A DNA stretch of 64,000 bases from Trypanosoma brucei (taxonomy: Eukaryota), in NCBI GenBank assembly GCA_000002445.1, contig CM000208.1, forward strand, positions 2,592,001-2,656,000, written 5' to 3'. Of this stretch, positions 52,320-63,000 are shown in pieces. The notes below the pieces were generated by a model. The model saw nothing but the letters and a program-made list of their open reading frames with translations, ran no database searches and was not told the DNA's origin. The position numbers and the translations under genes are program-made. The first letter of the stretch is position 1; every line of letters begins with the position of its first letter.

Positions 52320-54857
52320 TTAGCTTCTGGCAGTGAGTCTGACAATATCAACCGGAGTGCAGACATCAATGTCGCATAATTTAGATTGCACTTCTTTCCA
52401 TTTTTTCATCTTCATTGCAGTGGTTACCTTTCCCCGCTTCGTCTTGCCAGGTACTGTTGTCCGACCTCCTTTGCATGACGTGGGAACTTCTCGCAGATAC
52501 GGTAGTAAGGCAAGAAGACCATTGTTACTGCACACGAAACAACACTCAGTATTTTTGCTGTTGGGATCCTCCACACTGCCCTCATTCACAACATCCCCAC
52601 GTTGACTGCTTCTAGAGCCACTCACCGCCCGCCTGCAATGATCAGAAATTAGAGACTTCCAGCCAGCGTGGTCCCAAACCCACGCGTAGGCAAGGCAACA
52701 ACCAAAACGCATAGAAAAAAATGGGGCTGTAGCAATGGTGCCGATGCGCGTAAGCTCCGGAATGGTGACGCACAGAGTTGCACCACTCTCTTCCTGATCC
52801 TTCGGTTTCAAAAGCAAAAGTGCACCTCCCACTTCCTGATGTTGCCGCCCCCCTCTTGCCGAAAATTTCAAAAGGACACGTTGGTGGGCATTGGAGGGCG
52901 AATGGTACAGACGTGCCACCCCCGAATTGCGCCAGACATTCCGTGCACTTTCCCTGCCGAACAACGCGTAGCACCCGGAGAGTAGTTGCAAAGTTTCTCG
53001 TTCCTCTTCGCCGATCGCCCGTGCGGAGTATGCGTAACCATTACTCCTGCATAGCCCCACGGTCCCGGCAACCTCTTCAGAATCGTCACACCATTGCCTC
53101 CACGTGGCCGCAACTGGTGACACGACACTGGAGAACAAATGCCTCGAAAGCTGGAAGTGGCAGGCGCGGTACGACCACGTGTTGCACGTCCTACTACTAC
53201 CAAGGGCGTCAGCATTACGAATGCGGCGTACAGAAACCGCAAGTACTGTCACCACACATTGGTGGATGGGAAAACTGGTACAGTCAACAATGTCCGTAAA
53301 TGGCGGAAACGATGGGAAAGTAAACACCTTGACGCCTCCTAACGCCCTTTTTGTTGGCGTCAGGGATGATGACTTAGTTGAAAGAAAAACATTTGAATTT
53401 TCAGCCTCCAAAAACTCGCTACTCTCGCTCTTCCCAGCTGTTGCAGAGTGCCATCTCATCATTGCCTTGTCTACTCGCTGCCGCACCCATGAATGGCTGG
53501 GCAGAACCGCTTTTTCACCACATTCCTGTGCGGCTGCCCCAGCACAACACCAGACCTCTAACATGGAACTCAGAAAACCCACCGCCGGGCATGGATTCCA
53601 GTGCGAAATGAGACAGAAGCTGAGGTGTCGCCGCGCTTGTGGGCCGAAATACACTGGACAAGGCGCAATCAAGTAGTATGTATCTCCTCTTCCCACTTTT
53701 CCATCGCGCACAAGCACCAGTGTCACAGCAACTACAGGGTTTGATTGTACCGTGCAAGCATCCTGTGGGAACGGGTAACCAGCGGCTTTGGCGGCGGCAG
53801 ACCACACGTAGCCGTAGTAGACACTACAGCCGTTGGTTTGCCATGTTCCGCCGGTGGGATCCGGGGTTGTTTTGCTAAGGCGAAAACTTTTAGTGTAACC
53901 CATGGCCGGCGGGTTTTCATTCGTACGCATTATTAGTAGATTCATTAGCTCCTCTGGCGAAAAACGCCTCTCCATGTTCAGCTGCTGCAGGCGCCACACG
54001 CACATGTGAGACCTTTCAGCAACGAAGCACATGGGTGGTGGGACAGCCGTTAACTTGCCCCTGTGCTGTCTCACAACTTTTGAAGTCATCTGTGAGGAAA
54101 CAAAAGTGGGCAATCTCGCGACCCAACGCTGTAATATTCGGTGTTGCTTCCTCTGACATTTAAGGGGCACGGCGATTCTCAGTGTGACGGTGCAGGAAGG
54201 CGTACCTCTACCGCTGCCTCCACCTACAATGGCCAGATCGGGTTCTGGGTTTGGACAGGGGGAGACCTTTGCCTTTTCCACACAGTAATGAAACCGCCGA
54301 CGCATGTACCAATGGGATGGTAGCCATAAAATCGAAGTTCTACCGGGGACAGCTCCTGTGAGAATGGTTCCATGATTAGGCATCGCGCAGTTGCAGAGTG
54401 GTTTCTGATACTTACCATACCGTAACGCAAAAATACGGCGCAACAACCGCCGACGAGTAGTGGGGCGACGCCTCAAAGCCACTCTTCGCCTTCTTCTCAA
54501 CAGTGAACACCATTGTGAATACGTGAATAACCGTTTCTTGGGCTTTTTAGTGCATGCACTGAGCATGATAGCTTCCCTTGTGCTTTGCCGCCGGGGATCA
54601 CGAGAAGCATGCCGCATTCTGTCGTGCATATGCCGCTTCATGTTGCACAGTGGCACGTTTGAGGACGATGGTCGGCGGTGAAGAGGAACTGCCGGGCGCT
54701 TAGGAAGGCCACAGCTGCTTCCCTGCTCTCCTGTATCATCAACGTCAGCACCTCCTCTGCTATCGACGCCATCATCACGTGGCCTTTTTCGGAAGAGTAA
54801 CGTGGAAAAAGCTGCCACTTCCTCCACTCTGTTTTTCAGCAACTCTGCAACATTCAT
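52320..54857 (-). CDS. Hypothetical protein, 845 aa.
   Basis: Long complete ORF on the cluster strand with an Arg-rich N-terminal third. No motif recognised. Confidence 0.45.
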   Translation of the reverse strand: MNVAELLKNRVEEVAAFSTLLFRKRPRDDGVDSRGGADVDDTGEQGSSCGLPKRPAVPLHRRPSSSNVPLCNMKRHMHDRMRHASRDPRRQSTREAIMLSACTKKPKKRLFTYSQWCSLLRRRRRVALRRRPTTRRRLLRRIFALRYGKYQKPLCNCAMPNHGTILTGAVPGRTSILWLPSHWYMRRRFHYCVEKAKVSPCPNPEPDLAIVGGGSGRGTPSCTVTLRIAVPLKCQRKQHRILQRWVARLPTFVSSQMTSKVVRQHRGKLTAVPPPMCFVAERSHMCVWRLQQLNMERRFSPEELMNLLIMRTNENPPAMGYTKSFRLSKTTPDPTGGTWQTNGCSVYYGYVWSAAAKAAGYPFPQDACTVQSNPVVAVTLVLVRDGKVGRGDTYYLIAPCPVYFGPQARRHLSFCLISHWNPCPAVGFLSSMLEVWCCAGAAAQECGEKAVLPSHSWVRQRVDKAMMRWHSATAGKSESSEFLEAENSNVFLSTKSSSLTPTKRALGGVKVFTFPSFPPFTDIVDCTSFPIHQCVVTVLAVSVRRIRNADALGSSRTCNTWSYRACHFQLSRHLFSSVVSPVAATWRQWCDDSEEVAGTVGLCRSNGYAYSARAIGEEERETLQLLSGCYALFGRESARNVWRNSGVARLYHSPSNAHQRVLLKFSARGGRQHQEVGGALLLLKPKDQEESGATLCVTIPELTRIGTIATAPFFSMRFGCCLAYAWVWDHAGWKSLISDHCRRAVSGSRSSQRGDVVNEGSVEDPNSKNTECCFVCSNNGLLALLPYLREVPTSCKGGRTTVPGKTKRGKVTTAMKMKKWKEVQSKLCDIDVCTPVDIVRLTARS

Positions 54858-55265
54858 CGCTGCTGCTGCCTTTTGACCTTGTTAATGTCACGGTAAAAGT
54901 TAATTTTCCTCCCGCTTTTTACACCTTTTTTTTCTCTCAGAATAAGTATTTTATGTACGGCACTTCTGCACGCCTCTGAGTAGCCTTATTGCCAGTCGTC
55001 GGACGAAAAAGGCGTTTCCTTGGTCTTACAGCATGTGGCTAGAGCCACGTTTTACGCAACACAAAAGTGCTCCTTCTAAATATGTAATACGCACCCAAAA
55101 TCATTAAGAAAGAGAATGCAGAAAAAGCAGATTCATCGTGTGTTTTACAAATGTTCGATCAATGCTGCATGCCAGTTTTCACGCTTTATATATACGTGCC
55201 TGTTTGCGGGAGAGATATATGAGGCTCACGACCTTCCGAGACGAAGGAACACGGAACTTTATTTT

Positions 55266-56015
55266 TCACGATAAAGGTGGAAGACCATTTTCTTCCCACT
55301 GATGTAGTGCCTCCACCATCTCGGCCCGCCGAGGTAGCGCTAAAAACCTTCCAGGCTCTGTTACTATGTACTCGGTGGGAAGAAGGTTTAATTTTTCCTC
55401 AAAATGTTCCCTCACATTTTGCAGGCACTGACGCTCAAACTCGCGACTCCAATGTGGTCGACCCTCACCTCCCTCCTTCATATGTTGTTCCCCTTCCGTT
55501 GTCTTCCCCCGCGGCAATAAAAGGTGCGAGGTATACTCCAAGCACCTAAGTAGTCCAGCGTACCCGATCGCCTCAAGTTTGTCCGCATCACTAACAATAT
55601 CACGAACACGCAGCCATTCGGTTGGAAGCACCGAGGTAAACCAACGTTTGCCACGTTGTTTTTCTGCAGAGAAGGACACTGCCTCTATGGTTTGCAGCGC
55701 GTAGGCATGTGACTCAGCCGTTTCAATGGTTGCGTTTCGTTCCTCTTTAATAAACGCCTCAACACGGTGCCTTAACGTACCGTCGGAGTCGTATTTGTGA
55801 TCTGCTACGTCGTGTAGCATAGCCACGAGGATGACCCTGGAGAGAGTTGTATGCATATCTGTTGCTGCTACTTGGTTCTGCATGCACAGTATCAGTATAG
55901 CGCTCTCAGTAACCTTTTCCATGTGCGCCAGGCCGTGTGAGCTGTCACGGCCTGCGCAAGCCACTCTCACAAACTCCCTGCAGCGTTCCCACAGATGATA
56001 GTGTTGGGCCTGCAT
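55266..56015 (-). CDS. HD-domain metal-dependent phosphohydrolase, 249 aa.
   Basis: H..H (GLAHMEKV), HD (AMLHDVADHKY) and D (SDADKLEAIG) arranged as in the HD superfamily. Confidence 0.65.
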   Translation of the reverse strand: MQAQHYHLWERCREFVRVACAGRDSSHGLAHMEKVTESAILILCMQNQVAATDMHTTLSRVILVAMLHDVADHKYDSDGTLRHRVEAFIKEERNATIETAESHAYALQTIEAVSFSAEKQRGKRWFTSVLPTEWLRVRDIVSDADKLEAIGYAGLLRCLEYTSHLLLPRGKTTEGEQHMKEGGEGRPHWSREFERQCLQNVREHFEEKLNLLPTEYIVTEPGRFLALPRRAEMVEALHQWEENGLPPLS

Positions 56016-56329
56016 TTGTTTATGCTGTGCTAAATTTTCTGTGCGGAACCGCAGCGGCTTTGAAAAATCCGGAACAAGGCAGAAAACTCAGCTGCCCAAT
56101 ATTCGTGGCTGAAGGAAACACCAATTTTAGAAGGAGGTGTATGATCGCGGGAAACCTTGCAGTTTGTAGCCGCCAGGGCCCTCTACAGCCACCAACAAAC
56201 AGGAATAGAAAAAAAAAGTTGAGGCTCCAAAAGTGAAGCAGAACGAGCGAATACGAAGGACAAAACGGGATAATAAAATAAATCGTGCGATATGTCGATT
56301 GTCACGCCGAAAAAATTAACGTATAGGGC

Positions 56330-59300
56330 CTACAGCCCCACACTGGCTTCTTGCGACGCATCGTACACGAGCGACAGTAAAGTCATATGGTCTATGCTCT
56401 CTATTCCACACATGAGTAACTCCACGGCGTACTCCTCAAGGAAGCTACTGAGAAGTTCTCTTTGAGTGCACCCTTCGTGCTTCCAACCAACGGTTGTGTA
56501 AAACTCCTGGAAGGAGTGTACAATGCATTCACGAATCATGCCGTCTCTCAAAAACGGCAAAGACAGCGTGGCTGCACACTCACGCACACCACCACAGCAG
56601 CCATGATCATGTTTTTCAGTGGTGTGACTGCTATCAGCGCTTTCAGCGAAATGACGACTCCGCGCAAGGGCATACTGGAGCCGAACCCCCGTTAGCAGTG
56701 GATGGTTTGGTGGTAGAATCTGTCGCAAGTCTTCAAGCAGTTCCTCGCAAAGCAGCAGAAGCATATGACTGTCGTGGGTTGTCAACTGGGAGCGAAGAGA
56801 TAGCGCCAAACACTCCAGCCTTGTCTGCAGGCGGATATAATGTGTTGTGGGTAGCGCACAGGCAAACGAGTCTAAGTCCATCAGGCGTCGCAAAGCCGTT
56901 TGCGCTAGTCGATCTTCTCCTGCGCCATTATCATCGTCATCACTCCCTTCCTCCATCCCGTCAACCTCAATCCCCTGTACCTCCTCACTCGATCCAACTG
57001 TACCGGCTTCAACCTCAACCTCGCAAGCACTCGCGCCAACGCCCCCAAACGTGCTAGTACTTTCAAATTCTTCACATGCTTTGTCCACTGCGTTTGCATA
57101 TCCTTGCAGGATACGTCTCGAGAGCGACTCGTAAGTGTCTGAATCTGCTCGTGAACAGTCGCTAGCATGCTCGTAGGACCGCTGACCCTTGGGAAGCGAA
57201 AGGTCCACCAATACGCAAGGATACGTGTGAACCCCCCTTGTGGGTTGCCGACCCGCACTACCTTGATACTTATCACAATTTTTTTGTGCATCCTCGGGGT
57301 CATATATTAGCTGCCTGCACTCAGGACATATAACACCCTCCAAAAGCGCGGTGCTTGACTTGCAGAAAGAGCAGCAGCAACAGAAACCGTTTTGCTCGTC
57401 CTTTAGAGTTTTCGGAATTAGTACTGAGGAAAGATACGATACAGTAATTTCCTCACCGGGCTCAATGTCGCGGAGGGCAATAACACAGACATCACCCTTC
57501 CCCTCTCCGAAGGAGCTGCTGCCTTGTGATTCTTCGCTGCACAGGGGCAAAATTATGGCATTAGGCTTACAGCTGTGGTTGATCAACGAAACCAACGGAA
57601 GGAGGGCGCGGCATGGGGTAAGCACTTCGGCCTTCGGAGTGGCTCTGAAATCTTGTGGTGCTTCAAGCGGAACAGAACACCGTCGCCAGCAGCACATGAG
57701 GTCGGCTAGATCACGTGCAATGGCTGCCTCATAGTCCACATTTTCCCTTCCCGCGCCTTGAGTTGGGTGCATCCCACTTTCACCCGAGAAAGGCATCATT
57801 GCAAGTAAGTGTAACGCCGAATGCATATCAGGTGCCTCAACAGGGTCACCGAGGAGCTTCCCAACTCGCAAAGCTTTGACAATGGAGGAGGTTGCTAACT
57901 CATCCTTATGGACGAAGCCCCCGCGAAGAAACAGTTCTAAGGCCCCGTTCACCACGGCAGCATTTTCACCGTCCGGGGCCTCCACAATGTCAGTGACCCG
58001 CTCCTGCTTCCGCTTTTGTGGTGACACTTGGCCAACAAGCAGCAGCGACCTGTCCTTCACAACTACTGCGCCCTCCATGATATGGTTTGTAGCAATAAGC
58101 CCAACACCGTGTTTGATGCGCCACCTGTTGCTGCTCGGTTCAACAGACGGATGCAGCAAGGGTGTACAAGCACTGTGCGGGGTATCACCTTCCCCATCCG
58201 ACGATAGCCCCACACCAAACATTGCCAAACGAATTCGGCGAATCAAATCGTCACACGGCGCGTTGAATTGTGCAACCGCTATTTGCGCAGCCGTAAGGGC
58301 ATCGATAAGGCAGCGCATGGAGGTTGAGAGACCCTCGCGGCTTATCCACAAAAGCTTGTGGCAACCATTCACACCCCCGCTCACCACAGTTTTGCCATCA
58401 GTTGCGTTCTGGTAGCTCCCCGGTACTCCCTTCACAAAAGACAAGTGCGAAAACAGTCGGGCCTGTTGCAGTTGGATGTCAGCCTTGCCAATATAAAGCC
58501 TTCGCAGCTCATCGTACCCTGCCGGAATGCGGCGAGAAAAGAGGTCGACGGTGGAATTAAGTTCATTCAAAAAAGCAGTGACTGTTTCCGCGTCGTGCAA
58601 CTGGCGTTTGCACTCTGAACTTTGTGGTGCTGTGGTGGACAAGAAAAGGTCTTCAAAAAGCAACCATCCATCATCATTGTCAGAGCACATGGACGATGTA
58701 GCCTCCGCCTTTGGTGGGGTCATAGCGCTCACGGTTTCGGGCATCCACCACCACTCTGTCATAGGCAGCATGTCGTAGAGGCCGCCACTGCACAAATCAG
58801 GTTTGTAATCTGAAGTAAGCGTTACGTGAGCCTCGCACCAACGCCACGCGCGGGAAGCGGCGTAGACGCGGCGCCACCGACAGTGTAGAGTGCTCAGCGC
58901 ACTGCACGTCTTGTCGGTGTTCGCTGCTCGCATCAGAGTTTCAATGATATCCACCTCTTCCTTTTCTATTCTTACTCTAGTAGCCGCATGAATTTCGTGC
59001 TGCGTGAAAGACTCAAGAATACTAATCACTGTCCGCATGAGTAGCTCGCCCGCATGCGTGAAGAGCTGGAAGGCCTGCTCCTCATCCCTACCGCTTCCGC
59101 TCTCGACGCCCAGCGTGCCCCATTCTCCTTTACGGTGCGCCTGCTCTGCTATTTCGTGCAGTTTTCGGCCAACGATGGTGAGGGATTCCGCGTCGTGCCC
59201 GCACTCTTTCAGACGTTTCCTCAGCGATTCAAGGTCTCGTGACTTGTCTTCCACCCATGACATCCCAGGTGGGTTGGCAACTACCCTGACATCAAACATT

Positions 59301-59500
59301 ACAAGAAGCCCCACGGACGGCGGGGGCATGTGGAAGAAGATAAAAGAGGGGGAGAAAGTAGAGACTTTGCATGAGATCCGAATACATTTTACCCTTCGCA
59401 GGCAGCGAAGAGCAATAATAGTGACAACAATAACAACAACAACCGTTGATATTATATATATATATATATAAAGTGCTCTGTTTAAAATCCTTTCCACCAC
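56330..59500 (-). CDS. SET-domain protein (putative lysine methyltransferase) with a Cys-rich, zinc-finger-like segment; 1056 aa.
   Basis: Core SET motifs NHSCKPN and GEEITVSY, followed by a post-SET-like Cys cluster CCCCSFCKSSTALLEGVICPECR. Confidence 0.7.
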   Translation of the reverse strand: MVERILNRALYIYIYIISTVVVVIVVTIIALRCLRRVKCIRISCKVSTFSPSFIFFHMPPPSVGLLVMFDVRVVANPPGMSWVEDKSRDLESLRKRLKECGHDAESLTIVGRKLHEIAEQAHRKGEWGTLGVESGSGRDEEQAFQLFTHAGELLMRTVISILESFTQHEIHAATRVRIEKEEVDIIETLMRAANTDKTCSALSTLHCRWRRVYAASRAWRWCEAHVTLTSDYKPDLCSGGLYDMLPMTEWWWMPETVSAMTPPKAEATSSMCSDNDDGWLLFEDLFLSTTAPQSSECKRQLHDAETVTAFLNELNSTVDLFSRRIPAGYDELRRLYIGKADIQLQQARLFSHLSFVKGVPGSYQNATDGKTVVSGGVNGCHKLLWISREGLSTSMRCLIDALTAAQIAVAQFNAPCDDLIRRIRLAMFGVGLSSDGEGDTPHSACTPLLHPSVEPSSNRWRIKHGVGLIATNHIMEGAVVVKDRSLLLVGQVSPQKRKQERVTDIVEAPDGENAAVVNGALELFLRGGFVHKDELATSSIVKALRVGKLLGDPVEAPDMHSALHLLAMMPFSGESGMHPTQGAGRENVDYEAAIARDLADLMCCWRRCSVPLEAPQDFRATPKAEVLTPCRALLPLVSLINHSCKPNAIILPLCSEESQGSSSFGEGKGDVCVIALRDIEPGEEITVSYLSSVLIPKTLKDEQNGFCCCCSFCKSSTALLEGVICPECRQLIYDPEDAQKNCDKYQGSAGRQPTRGVHTYPCVLVDLSLPKGQRSYEHASDCSRADSDTYESLSRRILQGYANAVDKACEEFESTSTFGGVGASACEVEVEAGTVGSSEEVQGIEVDGMEEGSDDDDNGAGEDRLAQTALRRLMDLDSFACALPTTHYIRLQTRLECLALSLRSQLTTHDSHMLLLLCEELLEDLRQILPPNHPLLTGVRLQYALARSRHFAESADSSHTTEKHDHGCCGGVRECAATLSLPFLRDGMIRECIVHSFQEFYTTVGWKHEGCTQRELLSSFLEEYAVELLMCGIESIDHMTLLSLVYDASQEASVGL

Positions 59501-60043
59501 TATTTGCCCCTACCTTTGCAACTCTCAGAAGGTTAACTCCCCTTCAAGGGCGCACAGAACTTGCCCTCGTCAGCACCCGTGATCACTACATCGGGCTAAG
59601 GGAAAGTGGAAAAAAAGGTATCTGCAAAGAAACATCAAAAAGCAACAGGAGACCATTTAGACAAAAACTAGGATGAAGGTAATTGTGCAAAATACCACGG
59701 AGACCTCCCCAAGTTGGTGGTGAATTAGGTTGAAGAAGGGAGAAGGTCCCCGAGGTAAGAGGAAATGTTATAAACTGAGTGTGAATTCGTGTCTCTTACA
59801 ATAACAAGCCCTCCGATGGGAGCTCTTCGGTAGGTGTCCGTCTAATAGTAGAAAACTATTTGGAAATAATGTGATAGCCCCCTTAGAAATTATCCACAAG
59901 CACTTTCTCGTCGTGAAAAGCGGCTTCCAACCCGATCAAAATACTTTTGATATTAACAAGCAGAAATCCCGTTATTCGTGCAAGAGTTAACGGGGCTTCT
60001 CGTTTCCTTTCAATGCCATGAAGAAGTGCAACCCTCTTATATC

Positions 60044-63000
60044 TCACGCCCGCTCCCCCGGGGGAGTGGCGACACTGTCGCGAAAACGGGAAATGGTATC
60101 CTCATGAGTGCGCTCCTCCGTCTCTGTTGATCCCGCATGCCCCATCCCATCATCTTCTACAAGAGCCACGTCGATATCTGAGGACGTTGCGTGCATCCTG
60201 GAAAATACAATCGCTGCAATAGCAAATATTACAACCACACCGATAAAAGAACAGACCACGAAAACTTGAGAGTTTTTACCCCAAACTGATCGGTGCACGG
60301 GGTCCTCTGTCCATCCCCCAACAAAAGCACCTCCTCCCACGACGAGGTACCCCGCCTCCTGCCGTTCTCCCCATTCATCTTCCGAGAATCTAGTTTCAAT
60401 GCCAATAGGATATATTTCCTCCCCTTTGCTCTGCAGTACCTTAAGTGTGCAGGTGATGGTGCTCGCACTCGCGCTCAGTACATCACACAAGACGGCTGCA
60501 TCTGATGTATCATCTCCAACAATTACCCGGTTGTATTCAGCGCCAACTGGGTTGAAGTTATTGCCATGTAGTGTCAACTTGGTGTCATTCACACACCACG
60601 CGCTGATAGAGGCGCAGGATCCCGTCACGTATTCCACCGACGGTGGAGATGGGTGAACCTGGAGCGTTGTGAAGGAACCACTGGAAAACGGCACGGCTTT
60701 ACCCCCGCTTGAAACCACGGCCGTCCAGTTGCACGCCAGAGGGGTATTCACGTGTACCTCACACGTTAGAAGTTCCTCTGTTATGCTCAGCACGGAACAA
60801 AATGGTTTCGTGCAATCCGGTCTGGGTGTTCCCGAGGACGTAAAGTTAACAGCGTATCCCTTCCGGGGATCAAACCGTCCGTAGAATTGAGCCACGACAC
60901 CGTCACGCACCATCCGCGGTCGAATGGCCGCCACAATATCGTCCGCCGGCGCCGGTGGAAGCGTCACTGTGATATTTATAGGAAACCCCACAACCTTTGA
61001 CGATTCAACACGCACTGTTGCAGCTGTATACGGTGGCAGGGAACACGAAAGACAGACACACAGACAACTGATGCTACCGTTGTAGCCGTATAAATCCTGG
61101 GTAAAGGGGAAAGACACGTTAGAGTATATGACAGCAACGCCATCGGTGCTGCGGGAAAACTCTTGATGGCATTTGTGTGTGCCACAGTCAGCTGGGGAGT
61201 TAGGGTTGCCTGTTGGGATCAAAACGGCGTCACCGAGTTCCAGTGCACTTCCCTCTGCCTTAAATGCAGATGCTTGCGTTCCCACCACCTCCTTTGGTGT
61301 TATCGACAGAGTGCGGTACTCCAAACGAGTTGCAGCAAGCGTGCCGGTCATGTTAGGGTTGTAGGCTATCATGTAGAATGACCCAATATTGAGGGGAGGG
61401 ACAACCACCGCGTTCTTCTGAGCAACTGGGAGCACACCAGAAAAACTCAATGATGGCCTCTGAATCTTGGCGTATTCTCCTTGCAAAAATCTTTCCACCA
61501 TCGACTCGTCGGTGTCAGTGCGTAAAAGAGAAAAATACCACCCATCCTTCACACCTTTCACAGAGAGGCTGCATGGGGAATAGGCCAGGCAAGCAACCCG
61601 GTTGACCAGTATCTCTGAACTCCCATTTGGCAAGGCGGTTGCTTTCCCCCTCGTGAGTAGGCTCCAGGACTCTCGTACGAAAGTCAATCCACCAGTACGA
61701 TACCTAGCGTCGTTTTTAGTGCTGCTTGCCGGAACACCTCCTTGTAAATCACCTACGATGGGTGTGGACCGTGTGACTCCTTCTGGCATCTTCACGACGA
61801 CACGGTCGGGGGCCGGGGGGAAGTCGTACGTATAACCAACCCTGCCGCGTGCACGGTTGGGCGGGATGACGCTTAGCCACATAGGTGGCGCTGGAGTGCC
61901 GCCGCAACATGCCACAGCCAGCTGGCCTAGGTGGCGATTGTGGGGGTCCTTCGCTGGACTCCACCTTCCATCGTCCTTACGCCACGCATGGCAGAGCAGT
62001 GTTTTGTTGCCGCGTTTTACGGTAATTTGGGCCCACCCATTTTCTGCGGAATTTACAGGAACCCAGAAGGATTTTTGTGGGGTGGATGCTGCCTCTCTCG
62101 GGGCGACGCCGAGTGGGCATATCTCGGATAGTGAGCAAAGTTGCATACCGTTTTTCTTCCTGCAAGTGTTCTGTGCACTCTCCCACGTTATTTTACCCCG
62201 TGCAGCATGAAAGACACGTGATTTACCCGTCGTGTTCAATTTTAGTATTAATCGATTCCAGCCCCTCGCCAACCTAACCTGGTAAAGATAGTGCCCTACG
62301 GAAGACGATGAGGACGAACCAACGAATAGACCATCCACCCACAATCCATGATCTGCATGGGAAGCCACACGTATCCCCACTTTCATCTCCTCCGCTGCGT
62401 ACAGCGCAAGTGCCCTATACTGGTTGAAGCTTCCACAAATACTCTCGCCCCTCCAGAGACCATTTGTACTTCTCTCCGCCACCCACTCGTACTGGCGCCT
62501 CTCACCAAGCACCCAGACACTCTCCGTAGATAGGATCATGGAGCTAGGGCGCGAATCCAAAGGAAAGTCTGTCAGCTGAGCACTAGGCGACATTTCGGCC
62601 TCCAGATCGTGTGGAATTGCTCCTACAGTCGATTCTTTCTTAACAAGTCTCATCAGAGTCAGCACCGGTGCTTCCGCCTGCACGGGAGTGAGGTAAGGTG
62701 GAAGATCGTTACCGAGTGCGTTGACACCCTTAACCTCGCAGCTTCCAAGGTGGATTTTAAATGAAAGGAACCAAGAATGACCATTGATAGCAACGGTGCG
62801 GAGAATAATTGAATGCCACCCCGGTGACAGGTAAGTTGTAACACTCTCTTGCTTTCTTTCCGTACCATTTCCTCGGGAATAAGCAGGCGTGCTGTCCAAA
62901 AATAAGTCCGTTTCACCTTCAGTGACAAAAGTCCAGCAAACCGACGCGAAGCTGTTACGGCCGTTGTGAAGGGAAAAGGCAATGTATGACACAGCCGACC

